A stretch of DNA of 64,000 bases from an uncultured Candidatus Saccharibacteria bacterium (GCA_964362125.1 CAYICS010000001.1:18052-82051), one strand, 5' to 3'; shown: positions 55,529-63,495, counted from the stretch's first letter. A program made the numbers and translations. The notes: generated from the sequence alone by a model not told the origin.

Positions 55529-55829
55529 TTTGGGCCAGCTCGGCCAGCATCTTCCGGTTGAGTTGGATATTTTTGGCTTTGAGGCCGGCTATCAATTTAT
55601 TATAACTCAAACCTTCAGACCGCGCACCAGCGCCAATCTTCACCTGCCAAAGTCGTCGGAAGTTACGCTTTTTTTCCTTGCGGCCGCGGAAGGCATGAGA
55701 CCAGGCGTGGAGCAGGGCCTCTTTAGCCGCCCGCTCTTTGGATTTGCGGCTCCAGCGAAAACCCTTGACATATCTTAATAGTTTTTCACGTTTCTTAGTG
55801 GCGATTTTTCCCCGTTTGACTCTAGTCAT
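55479..55829 (-). CDS. rplT: 50S ribosomal protein L20
   Basis: MTRVKRG, KKRNFRRLW, LNRKMLAELA. Confidence 0.97.
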   Translation of the reverse strand: MTRVKRGKIATKKREKLLRYVKGFRWSRKSKERAAKEALLHAWSHAFRGRKEKKRNFRRLWQVKIGAGARSEGLSYNKLIAGLKAKNIQLNRKMLAELAQNEPQAFKKIVQTVTSS

Positions 55830-55847
55830 GTTGTTAGGGTATAGGGT

Positions 55848-56024
55848 TTAGTTTAGATAGGATAGGATTGCTTTTCGCATTTGGCCCTCAAGGGCGACTG
55901 TGCCCTTTTTTCGATTGAGTTGCTTGCCGGATTTTTTGGCGCGAAAGTGATCTTGCGCCATTTTCCGGCGCAGGATTTTTCCGGTTTTAGTTATTTTAAT
56001 CCGACTACTTACAGATTTACGCAT
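55848..56024 (-). CDS. rpmI: 50S ribosomal protein L35
   Basis: MRKSVSSRIKITKTGK..H..AKKS; between infC and rplT. Confidence 0.9.
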   Translation of the reverse strand: MRKSVSSRIKITKTGKILRRKMAQDHFRAKKSGKQLNRKKGTVALEGQMRKAILSYLN

Positions 56025-56526
56025 GTTTATCATTAACAATTTGAATATTGATGCCGCGGCCGCCAAATTTAGGCGACGAGATGACTCGATGGGGGCCGAT
56101 CATTTTGAGAAATTTTGATAATCGTTGATAAGCCCAGTCCCGGTTGTATTTTTCCCGGCCTCGTAAGACTAAGACGATATTGATGGGATGGTGTTCGGCT
56201 AAAAATTTTTTAGTTTGGTTAGCTTTCGTTTCTAAATCATGATGAGCGGCGCGGGCTGTGACCTGAATCTGTTTGATCGCCTGGACCTTATGACCAACCC
56301 GCTGCTTCTTTTCTTTCTTTTCCTGAAGATAACGGAATTTGTCATAGTTCATTATCCGCGCCACCGGCGGCTTGGCCAGGGGCGCGATTTCAATTAAATC
56401 CAGGCGGCGCTCTTTGGCCAGTTGTAAAGCCGCGTCGCGCGGCATTACCCCCAGGCTTTTTCCCGCCTCATCAATGGTCAGCAATTCCGGAGCGGTAATT
56501 TGGTTGTTGATTCTCAGTTGGTGGAT
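56017..56526 (-). CDS. infC: translation initiation factor IF-3 (probable ATC start)
   Basis: RINNQI, LDLIEIAP.AKPPVARIMNY.KFRY, LRGRE; no ATG/GTG/TTG upstream of RINNQI before the in-frame TAA. Confidence 0.92.
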   Translation of the reverse strand: MHQLRINNQITAPELLTIDEAGKSLGVMPRDAALQLAKERRLDLIEIAPLAKPPVARIMNYDKFRYLQEKKEKKQRVGHKVQAIKQIQVTARAAHHDLETKANQTKKFLAEHHPINIVLVLRGREKYNRDWAYQRLSKFLKMIGPHRVISSPKFGGRGINIQIVNDKHA

Positions 56527-56581
56527 AAAGAAAAGTTAGCAGAGATTGATTTTTTAGTCAAGGGCGGTTAAAGTCAGAAGC

Positions 56582-57499
56582 ATGCCTAAGTATGTTTTTC
56601 TTCATTTATTACTGATGGCCGCGCTTTATACCAGCGTCTTTGGCTTTATTTCGCTTTTATTCGGCTTGATTGATTATGCCATTCCCGATCCATTAGTTCA
56701 TTTTTATCAGGGTATCCCCGGGGGCTTCCATTGGGCCTTGGCGTCGCTGTTAATAGTTTTTCCAGTTTATCTGTTGGTTAGTTGGTTGCTGCAGTGGGAG
56801 TTTCGACGTCAGTCCCAATGGCAGCAGGGTCTGTTTCGGCGCTGGCTGATTTATTTCACTTTGTTTCTAGCGGCGTTGGTGATTATCGGCGACCTGATTG
56901 TTCTAATTTCCAACCTTTTGGAAGGGGATTTAACCAGCCGGTTTGTGCTCAAGGCGCTGGTAGTTTTGGCAGTGGCAGCGGTGGTTTTTGTCTATTATAT
57001 TTTTGACCTGCGCCGGCGGGAGACGGCTTTCAGCGCCGGGGTTAAAACTTTTCATTGGCTGGTAATAGCGGCGGCGGTGGTTTCAGTGGCAGGCGGGTTT
57101 CTGGTAGCCGGCTCTCCATTGCAGCAGCGGGCAATGCGCTTTGACGAGCGGCGAGTGAGCGATTTGCAAAACATCCAGTGGCAGATTGTTAATTATTGGC
57201 AGAGGAAAGGGGGATTACCGGCGGCTTTGGAGGACTTGCGTGACGAAATATCCGGCTTTGTGCCGCCAGCCGATCCTCGCAGCGCCGAGGCTTATGAATA
57301 CAAAATTCTTGGAGATTTATCTTTTGAATTTTGCGCGGTCTTTGAAACCGAAGCGATGGGCGGGACGATAAGCGGCGCGGCCAAGCCGTTTCCAGTCAGC
57401 CAGTCTGACGTTTGGAGTCATGGCCGAGGCCGGGTTTGTTTCCAGCGGACTTTGGATCCGGAATTATACCCGCGTGCGCCGAAAAGAGAAAAATTTTAA
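56582..57499 (+). CDS. DUF5671-like membrane protein
   Basis: Five TMs, RRWLIYFTLF, GDL, GSP..R..RFDERRVSDL, FEFCAVF. Confidence 0.8.
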   Translation: MPKYVFLHLLLMAALYTSVFGFISLLFGLIDYAIPDPLVHFYQGIPGGFHWALASLLIVFPVYLLVSWLLQWEFRRQSQWQQGLFRRWLIYFTLFLAALVIIGDLIVLISNLLEGDLTSRFVLKALVVLAVAAVVFVYYIFDLRRRETAFSAGVKTFHWLVIAAAVVSVAGGFLVAGSPLQQRAMRFDERRVSDLQNIQWQIVNYWQRKGGLPAALEDLRDEISGFVPPADPRSAEAYEYKILGDLSFEFCAVFETEAMGGTISGAAKPFPVSQSDVWSHGRGRVCFQRTLDPELYPRAPKREKF

Positions 57500-57508
57500 T
57501 AAGCGAAG

Positions 57509-57829
57509 TGGTGGAAGTGGGGAGTTTGACCTCCCGTCCGAAACTTTTCCGCCAGATAGTTCTACAAGCTTAGTCCTTCGATAAACTCGGGACAAATTTT
57601 GCCGCTCAACTTCTGTTTTCAGCCACGGCCCTCTGAAAACATAGCTTGATTTATAACACCGCTGAATCGCCTATCAAGCTTCAGCGAGCGATGCCGCTTT
57701 AGGCAAAAGCCAAAGCGGGAGTTCGATTAAATGCGTTGGCAAATAATCTTTTTGCAACGGATTTAGGAGACGTTGCCGCTCCGCTTGCCTATCTGGTTTC
57801 AATGTTCCGTCGAAGCCTTTGCCACTCCC
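57509..57829 (-). ncRNA. ssrA: tmRNA
   Basis: 5' GGGAGTGGCAAAGGCTTCGACGG and 3' CACTTCCACCA with G3-U; tag ANAFNRTPALAFA* at 57740-57699. Confidence 0.92.
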
Positions 57830-58232
57830 TTTGTTTGATGGCGGCGCGCTTGTCCTGTTTCTTTCTGCCCCGCCCCAAGCCCAATTCAATTTTGATCAGG
57901 CGGTTCTTATTATACACCCGCAAGGGGAGCAGAGTCAAGCCGGCGCGCTGGATTTTTCCGATCAATTCTTTAATCTCGGATTTTTTCAAAAGCAGGCGGC
58001 GCGATCTCTTGGGGTCATAGTCAGCTGGAGTATTGGCTGGCTGATAAGGCGGGATATCGGCGTTGATCAGCCAAAGCTGATTGTCTTTGACCGCGGCAAA
58101 AGATCCGGCCAGATTGATCCGGCCGGTTTTAACGGCTTTAACCTCAAATCCTTTTAGTTCAATCCCCGCTTCGTAGGTTTCCAGAATCTGATAGTCAAAG
58201 CGTGCCCGTCGGTTTTCAGCGATGACTTTCAT
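57789..58232 (-). CDS. smpB: SsrA-binding protein
   Basis: NRRARFDY, EAGIELKGFEVK, RRLLL, GRKKQDKR. Confidence 0.97.
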   Translation of the reverse strand: MKVIAENRRARFDYQILETYEAGIELKGFEVKAVKTGRINLAGSFAAVKDNQLWLINADIPPYQPANTPADYDPKRSRRLLLKKSEIKELIGKIQRAGLTLLPLRVYNKNRLIKIELGLGRGRKKQDKRAAIKQREWQRLRRNIETR

Positions 58233-58256
58233 GGTTATTTCGATTATAATGGGAAA

Positions 58257-58988
58257 ATGCGTTTATCGCCATCCACACTCAATCTTTTCTTGGAGTGCCC
58301 CAAGTGTTTTTATATGGAGTTGAAAATGGGCATTCACCGGCCCCAGGGGCCGTTTCCGTCTTTGCCCGGCGGCATGGATGGTTTGATTAAAAAATATTTT
58401 GATAAATATCGGCTCTTGGGTCAAATGCCGCCGGAAATTGAAGGCCGAGTGGAGGGAGCCCAGCTTTTTCCCGATGTGGAGGTTTTGAATCAATGGCGCA
58501 ACTGGCGCACCGGTTTGTCTTATCAAGATAAAGAAACAGGAGCTACTTTAAGCGGCGCCTTGGATGATTGTTTGGTGCAGGATAAAAAGTATATGCCGAT
58601 GGATTATAAAACCCGCGGCTATGATGTAAAAGAAGGCGGGGAGAGATTTTATCAAAATCAGATGGACAGCTATGATCTGCTCCTGCAAAAAAACGGCTTT
58701 AAGACCGCGGGTTGGGCGTGGTTGATATATTGGATTCCAAAAGAAATTCAAAACTCAAAAGGCAAAACTCAAAACTACAACTCAAAGATTAAAAATACGG
58801 CCAGTCTTTTTGAAGAAAATAATAGCAATAGCGCTTGGGTAAGGTTTGTGATTGATCCCAAGAAAATGAAAACCGATGCTGATTCGGCTCTAAAGGTTTT
58901 TCGCGATGCGGTGAAGTTATTGGAGGGGCCGATGCCCAAAGCTCATTCGGTTTGTACATTTTGCTCTTGGGCCAGCGCGCCCAGCTAG
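58257..58988 (+). CDS. PD-(D/E)XK nuclease family protein
   Basis: LSPS..NLF.ECPKCF, GALDD, DYKT, Q...Y, CTFC. Confidence 0.85.
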   Translation: MRLSPSTLNLFLECPKCFYMELKMGIHRPQGPFPSLPGGMDGLIKKYFDKYRLLGQMPPEIEGRVEGAQLFPDVEVLNQWRNWRTGLSYQDKETGATLSGALDDCLVQDKKYMPMDYKTRGYDVKEGGERFYQNQMDSYDLLLQKNGFKTAGWAWLIYWIPKEIQNSKGKTQNYNSKIKNTASLFEENNSNSAWVRFVIDPKKMKTDADSALKVFRDAVKLLEGPMPKAHSVCTFCSWASAPS

Positions 58989-59126
58989 CAAGTTATTGAT
59001 ATAGGTAAGCCGGTATGCTATCCTATTTAAAGTTCTGTATTTCAAGCGTTGCGGCGAATATGAGATGAAATTTATTTGACACGTTGTCAATAAATTTAAG
59101 TCCGGCGCCGCAAAAGGAGTTTGGCC

Positions 59127-59756
59127 ATGAGTACAGTTTCTGTGGATCAGCGGTTCGCTTTACTGGCTGCCATTGGCGCCAACGCCCACTGGGACGATCT
59201 TTCAAGAGATGGGGTCCAGTTGGGCATCAAAGAAGCGCAACGGGCAGGAGAGGAATTCACCAGGTTTGTGAAGAATGGTTTTCGGATGCAAATAGTAGGT
59301 GATTTCTTCACCCGAACAGAAGATTTTACCATCTCAATCCCAGCCCTTACCCGCCCCACCCTCGAGGAGATTCGGGCAAGATATGATTGGGTCAGAAAGA
59401 TCACAAGAGACCTGTCGCCAACCGAGGCAATAATGATGGAGTTGGGGACTCTTCTTCGTCCCAACGAAGAAGAGATTAACAGAAAGGAATATCGCCCCCG
59501 TCATATCCCCTTCACTTATTTGGGGCTTCAGCAGGGAATGTGGCTTATTGAGCATCAGGATGACCAAGAATTAGCTCCTGTCAAGGCTCTTTGCGGCAAG
59601 GTTTCTATTGACCTTCTTGGTATAGAAGTGCTTAGCTCAAAAGGCTTTAGTTTCTTCCCGTGCCTCGATGGTAATAGCGGGCCGTGGGAGTTGATTTGGA
59701 GTTATGCTGAGGTTGGTCTGTCCCGCAATATTCGCGTTGCCCGTCCTTGCCAGTAG
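59127..59756 (+). CDS. hypothetical protein (stand-alone cassette)
   Basis: TTGATA-17-TATCCT promoter, SD AAGGAG, hairpin terminator ~59776-59817. Confidence 0.7.
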   Translation: MSTVSVDQRFALLAAIGANAHWDDLSRDGVQLGIKEAQRAGEEFTRFVKNGFRMQIVGDFFTRTEDFTISIPALTRPTLEEIRARYDWVRKITRDLSPTEAIMMELGTLLRPNEEEINRKEYRPRHIPFTYLGLQQGMWLIEHQDDQELAPVKALCGKVSIDLLGIEVLSSKGFSFFPCLDGNSGPWELIWSYAEVGLSRNIRVARPCQ

Positions 59757-59855
59757 CTCCTCCTCACGCTCTTTCGCCCTCGTCTCCGATCCAGTCGGAG
59801 GCGGGGGCCTATTTTTTAGTTTGCGCCAGCGGCTGTTTTGGGGTATTATTTTTTT

Positions 59856-60173
59856 ATGACAACAGCCATCAAAACTCCGGAACTGGAGGCGGCGATTAAG
59901 AAAATAGTGGAAGAATATCAGCCGGAGAAGATTATTTTATTCGGCTCTCGGGTGCGGGGCGAGGATCGGCCGGACAGCGATTATGATTTTATTATCGTGA
60001 AAGATACCAAGACGCGTTGGATTCAGCGGGCTTTTGAGTTGCCGGATGTGCCGATTCATGCCGATTTTTTCATTTACACGCCAGAGGAATTTGAGCGGAT
60101 GAAGGAAGGAAGTATTTTTATGTTGAACGCTTTAAAAAATTATGTAGTTTTGTACGACAAAAATAAAAAATGA
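59856..60173 (+). CDS. minimal nucleotidyltransferase (MNT)
   Basis: LFGSRVRGEDRPDSDYD. Confidence 0.9.
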   Translation: MTTAIKTPELEAAIKKIVEEYQPEKIILFGSRVRGEDRPDSDYDFIIVKDTKTRWIQRAFELPDVPIHADFFIYTPEEFERMKEGSIFMLNALKNYVVLYDKNKK

Positions 60174-60589
60174 TTAACTATAGAGAAATAGCTCATCGTT
60201 GGTTATATCAAGCCCTTTTTGACCTTAATAACGCTAAGAAACTTTTCCCTGAAGGTAATTTTTCCTACACTTGTTTTTTCTCTGAACAATCGGCCCAAAA
60301 AGCTCTTAAGGGGTACTTGATTTTTAATAGAAATATAGATATTAATATTCACGCAATCAGTAAACTTCTGATGAGAGCCAGCCAGCTTGACGGGTCATTT
60401 AAAAATTTTATTGATGAAGGAAAAGGATTAGATAAGCATTATTTAAGCACTCGTTATCCTGATGCGCTTCCTGATCCTTTGGTACCATTTGAGGCTTATA
60501 CTAAAGAAGAAGCGCAGACAGCTATTGCTAGCGCGCAGAAGATTTTTGATCTCTGCCAAAAATTAACCGGCTATGCTAAAGATAAATAA
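60170..60589 (+). CDS. HEPN domain protein
   Basis: W..QA..DL, CFFSEQSAQKALK, H, LDKHYLSTRYPD. Confidence 0.9.
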   Translation: MINYREIAHRWLYQALFDLNNAKKLFPEGNFSYTCFFSEQSAQKALKGYLIFNRNIDINIHAISKLLMRASQLDGSFKNFIDEGKGLDKHYLSTRYPDALPDPLVPFEAYTKEEAQTAIASAQKIFDLCQKLTGYAKDK

Positions 60590-63431
60590 AGATTTTAACC
60601 TGCCCAAAGTTGAGGAAGAGGTTTTAAGTTTTTGGAGAAAAAATAGGGTGTTTGAAAAATCGCTTGCCCTTCGACAGGCTCAGGGCAAAAAACACTACGT
60701 GTTTTTTGAAGGCCCGCCCACGGCCAATGCCAAGCCGGGGATTCATCATGTTCTGGCAAGGGTTTTCAAGGATATAATTCTTCGCTATAAAACGATGAGC
60801 GGTTTTTTTGTGGCGCGCCGCGCCGGCTGGGACACCCATGGCTTGCCGGTGGAAATTGAGATTGAAAAGAAACTGGGTTTTAAAAACAAACAGGATATTG
60901 AAAAATACGGCATTACCAAGTTCAATAAACTGGCGCGAGAGTCGGTCTGGCAATATAAAAAAGATTGGGAGGATTTAACCGAGCGCATCGGCTTTTGGCT
61001 GGATTTGGAACACCCTTATATCACTTACGAAAATCAATACATCGAAAAGCTCTGGGGGATTTTTAAAGAGATTGATAAGCGGGGATTGCTTTATAAAAGC
61101 CATAAGGTGGTGCCGTGGTGCAGCCGTTGCGGCACGGCTTTGTCTTCGCATGAATTGGCGCAAGGGTATGAAGAAACAAAAGACCTGGCGGTCTTTGTTA
61201 AATTTCCAATATCCAATTCCCAATTTCCAAAAACTTATATTTTTTCTTGGACGACGACGCCCTGGACTTTGCCGGGGAATGTGGCCTTGGCCATAAATCC
61301 GAAGCATAAATTTGTGAAGGTTCCTGATCCAGAGGAAAAGGGAAGTTGGTTAATTTTGGAAAAAGAAAGCGTCCACCGTCTCTGGCCCAAAATCGCTTCT
61401 TCGCAAGAAGCGATTATTGGGGTAAAAGAGTTGCTGGGATTAGAGTACGAGCCGTTGTTCAAAATCCCCGCCCTTCAATCCCCCACTTCTTATAAAATTT
61501 ATCCGGCGGATTTTGTGACAGCCGATGAAGGCACGGGCGTGGTCCATACAGCCGTGATGTATGGAGAAGATGACTATGAGTTGGGCAAAAAAGTCGGCTT
61601 GCCGCAATTTCATACTGTTGATGAGCAGGGCCGGTTCATTAAAGAGGTACCGGTTGTCGGGGGAATGTATGTGAAGGCGCCGGAGACGGAAAAGAAAATT
61701 ATTGAACACCTTAAAGCCCAGAGCTTATTGCTTAAGGTCGAACCATACACTCACGATTACCCTTTCTGTTGGCGCTGCGGCACACCCGTGCTTTATTATG
61801 CTCGCGATTCCTGGTTTATCGCGATGAGCAAATTACGCAAGGAGTTGCAGGCGGCCAATAAAAAAATCAACTGGATTCCCGGACATTTGCGCGAGGGTCG
61901 ATTTGGTGAATGGTTGAAAGAAGTGAAAGACTGGGCGATCTCGCGAGAACGATATTGGGCGACCCCGCTGCCAATTTGGATTTGTGTAAAATGTGACAAT
62001 AAAGTTGTAATAAGTAGTAGTAAAGAGATTGAGGAACGCGGCGGCAAGCCGCCCAAAGATTTACACCGTCCGTATATTGATGATGTTGTTTTGAAATGCC
62101 CGGAATGCGGCGGAGAAATGCGGCGGGTAAAAGAAGTGATGGATGTTTGGTTTGATTCGGGAGCAATGCCTTTTGCCAGCGGCGAATATCCGGAAAGATA
62201 TCCAGCTGATTATATTTGTGAAGCTATCGATCAAACCCGCGGCTGGTTTTATACGCTTTTGGCCGTCGGCGTTTTAATGAAAAAAGGGACGCCTTATAAA
62301 AATGTTATTTCTCTTGGGCATGTGCTTGATAAGCAGGGCCGGAAGATGTCTAAGTCGTTGGGCAACACCGTTGATCCTTGGCAGATGATTAATAAATACG
62401 GCATTGATGTTGTCCGTTGGTATTTCTACACCATCAACCCACCGGGGGAGCCAAAAAGATTTGATGAAGGAGATCTAAATTTGGTTTATAGAAGATTTCA
62501 TTCTTTGGTTTACAATTCTTATCTATTTTGGGCGTCTTATAGTATCGATGCTAATCTACGAATGAATGCGAATGATACGAATAGCAATGCGAATGTTTTA
62601 GATCGCTGGATTCTAGCGCGGCTTAACGAGACGACGGCCAAAGTTACAGAGCGGCTTGATGATTATGACATTGGTACAGCGGCTAAGGCGATTGAGCTGC
62701 TGGTAGATGATTTATCCCATTGGTATATTCGCCGCTCGCGGAGGCGACCGGAAGCATTGCCAGTGTTGGGCTATGTTTTACTGGAAATCAGCAAGCTGAT
62801 CGCTCCCTTTACGCCGTTTTTTGCCGAAGCATTATTTCAGTCTCTAAACCCTAAACCCTACACCCTAAACCCTTCTATTCACTTGACCGATTGGCCCAAG
62901 GCCGACAAAAAGCTGATTGATAAAAAACTGCTTGGTCAAATGGCCCAAATCCGGCAGTGGACCAGCCAGGCGTTAGCGGCGCGAGCAGAAGCCGGCATTA
63001 AGGTTCGTCAGCCGCTAGCTAAATTAAAAATTTCCGCCCGAGGCGGATCCCATGCCTACCGGCAGGCAGGCGTCTCTGGCGGAAAAAATGAAAAATTAAA
63101 AATTAATGAGGAGTTATTGAATATCTTAAAAGACGAAGTAAATGTAAAAGAAATTGTTTTTGACAATAAGATCAAAAATGAGATTGAGCTGGATATAAAA
63201 ATCACTCCCGAACTCCGTCAAGAGGGAATTTATCGAGAGCTGGTGCGGCTGATTCAGGATTTCCGCAAAGAGAAAAAACTAAAGCCGCAGGATAAGATTA
63301 AACTGCGCGCTGAATTGCCGGAAGATATGTTAGAAGTGGCGCAAAAGAATGATGAGCAACTACGAAAAGAAGTTAATGCTATTAAAATAGATTATAAGAA
63401 GGCTGGTAAGGTTGACTTAGAGTTGACTTAG
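60573..63431 (+). CDS. ileS: isoleucyl-tRNA synthetase (IleRS2 type)
   Basis: EGPPTAN, HHVL, GWDTHGLP, WTTTPWTL, DQTRGWF, KMSKS. Confidence 0.95.
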   Translation: MLKINKDFNLPKVEEEVLSFWRKNRVFEKSLALRQAQGKKHYVFFEGPPTANAKPGIHHVLARVFKDIILRYKTMSGFFVARRAGWDTHGLPVEIEIEKKLGFKNKQDIEKYGITKFNKLARESVWQYKKDWEDLTERIGFWLDLEHPYITYENQYIEKLWGIFKEIDKRGLLYKSHKVVPWCSRCGTALSSHELAQGYEETKDLAVFVKFPISNSQFPKTYIFSWTTTPWTLPGNVALAINPKHKFVKVPDPEEKGSWLILEKESVHRLWPKIASSQEAIIGVKELLGLEYEPLFKIPALQSPTSYKIYPADFVTADEGTGVVHTAVMYGEDDYELGKKVGLPQFHTVDEQGRFIKEVPVVGGMYVKAPETEKKIIEHLKAQSLLLKVEPYTHDYPFCWRCGTPVLYYARDSWFIAMSKLRKELQAANKKINWIPGHLREGRFGEWLKEVKDWAISRERYWATPLPIWICVKCDNKVVISSSKEIEERGGKPPKDLHRPYIDDVVLKCPECGGEMRRVKEVMDVWFDSGAMPFASGEYPERYPADYICEAIDQTRGWFYTLLAVGVLMKKGTPYKNVISLGHVLDKQGRKMSKSLGNTVDPWQMINKYGIDVVRWYFYTINPPGEPKRFDEGDLNLVYRRFHSLVYNSYLFWASYSIDANLRMNANDTNSNANVLDRWILARLNETTAKVTERLDDYDIGTAAKAIELLVDDLSHWYIRRSRRRPEALPVLGYVLLEISKLIAPFTPFFAEALFQSLNPKPYTLNPSIHLTDWPKADKKLIDKKLLGQMAQIRQWTSQALAARAEAGIKVRQPLAKLKISARGGSHAYRQAGVSGGKNEKLKINEELLNILKDEVNVKEIVFDNKIKNEIELDIKITPELRQEGIYRELVRLIQDFRKEKKLKPQDKIKLRAELPEDMLEVAQKNDEQLRKEVNAIKIDYKKAGKVDLELT
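60666..60686 (+). repeat. 21-bp hairpin element, in frame (ALRQAQG)
   Basis: GCCCTTCGACAGGCTCAGGGC; relative at 57573-57593 in tmRNA. Confidence 0.7.
63033..63083 (+). repeat. nested hairpin elements (30-bp host plus 21-bp insert), in frame in ileS
   Basis: TCCGCCCGAGGCGGATC[CCATGCCTACCGGCAGGCAGG]CGTCTCTGGCGGA inside an AAATTAA array. Confidence 0.8.
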
Positions 63432-63457
63432 ATTTGTTGTAAGCTTTGCTATTAAAT

Positions 63458-63495
63458 TACTAAAGTAATTCTACGATCGTAGAATTACTTTAGTA
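63458..63495. repeat. ACGATCGT-centred perfect 38-bp palindrome, copy 4
   Basis: TACTAAAGTAATTCTACGATCGTAGAATTACTTTAGTA, followed by AGTAGAG repeats. Confidence 0.95.

Noticed and set aside
57674-57889. 71-aa minus-strand ORF
   Set aside because: Spurious frame across smpB and tmRNA.
26445-59800. CCGA..TCGG mini-hairpins (26445, 48377, 59784) as another element family
   Set aside because: Similarity is short and two sit within terminator stems; not distinguishable from chance without a genome scan.
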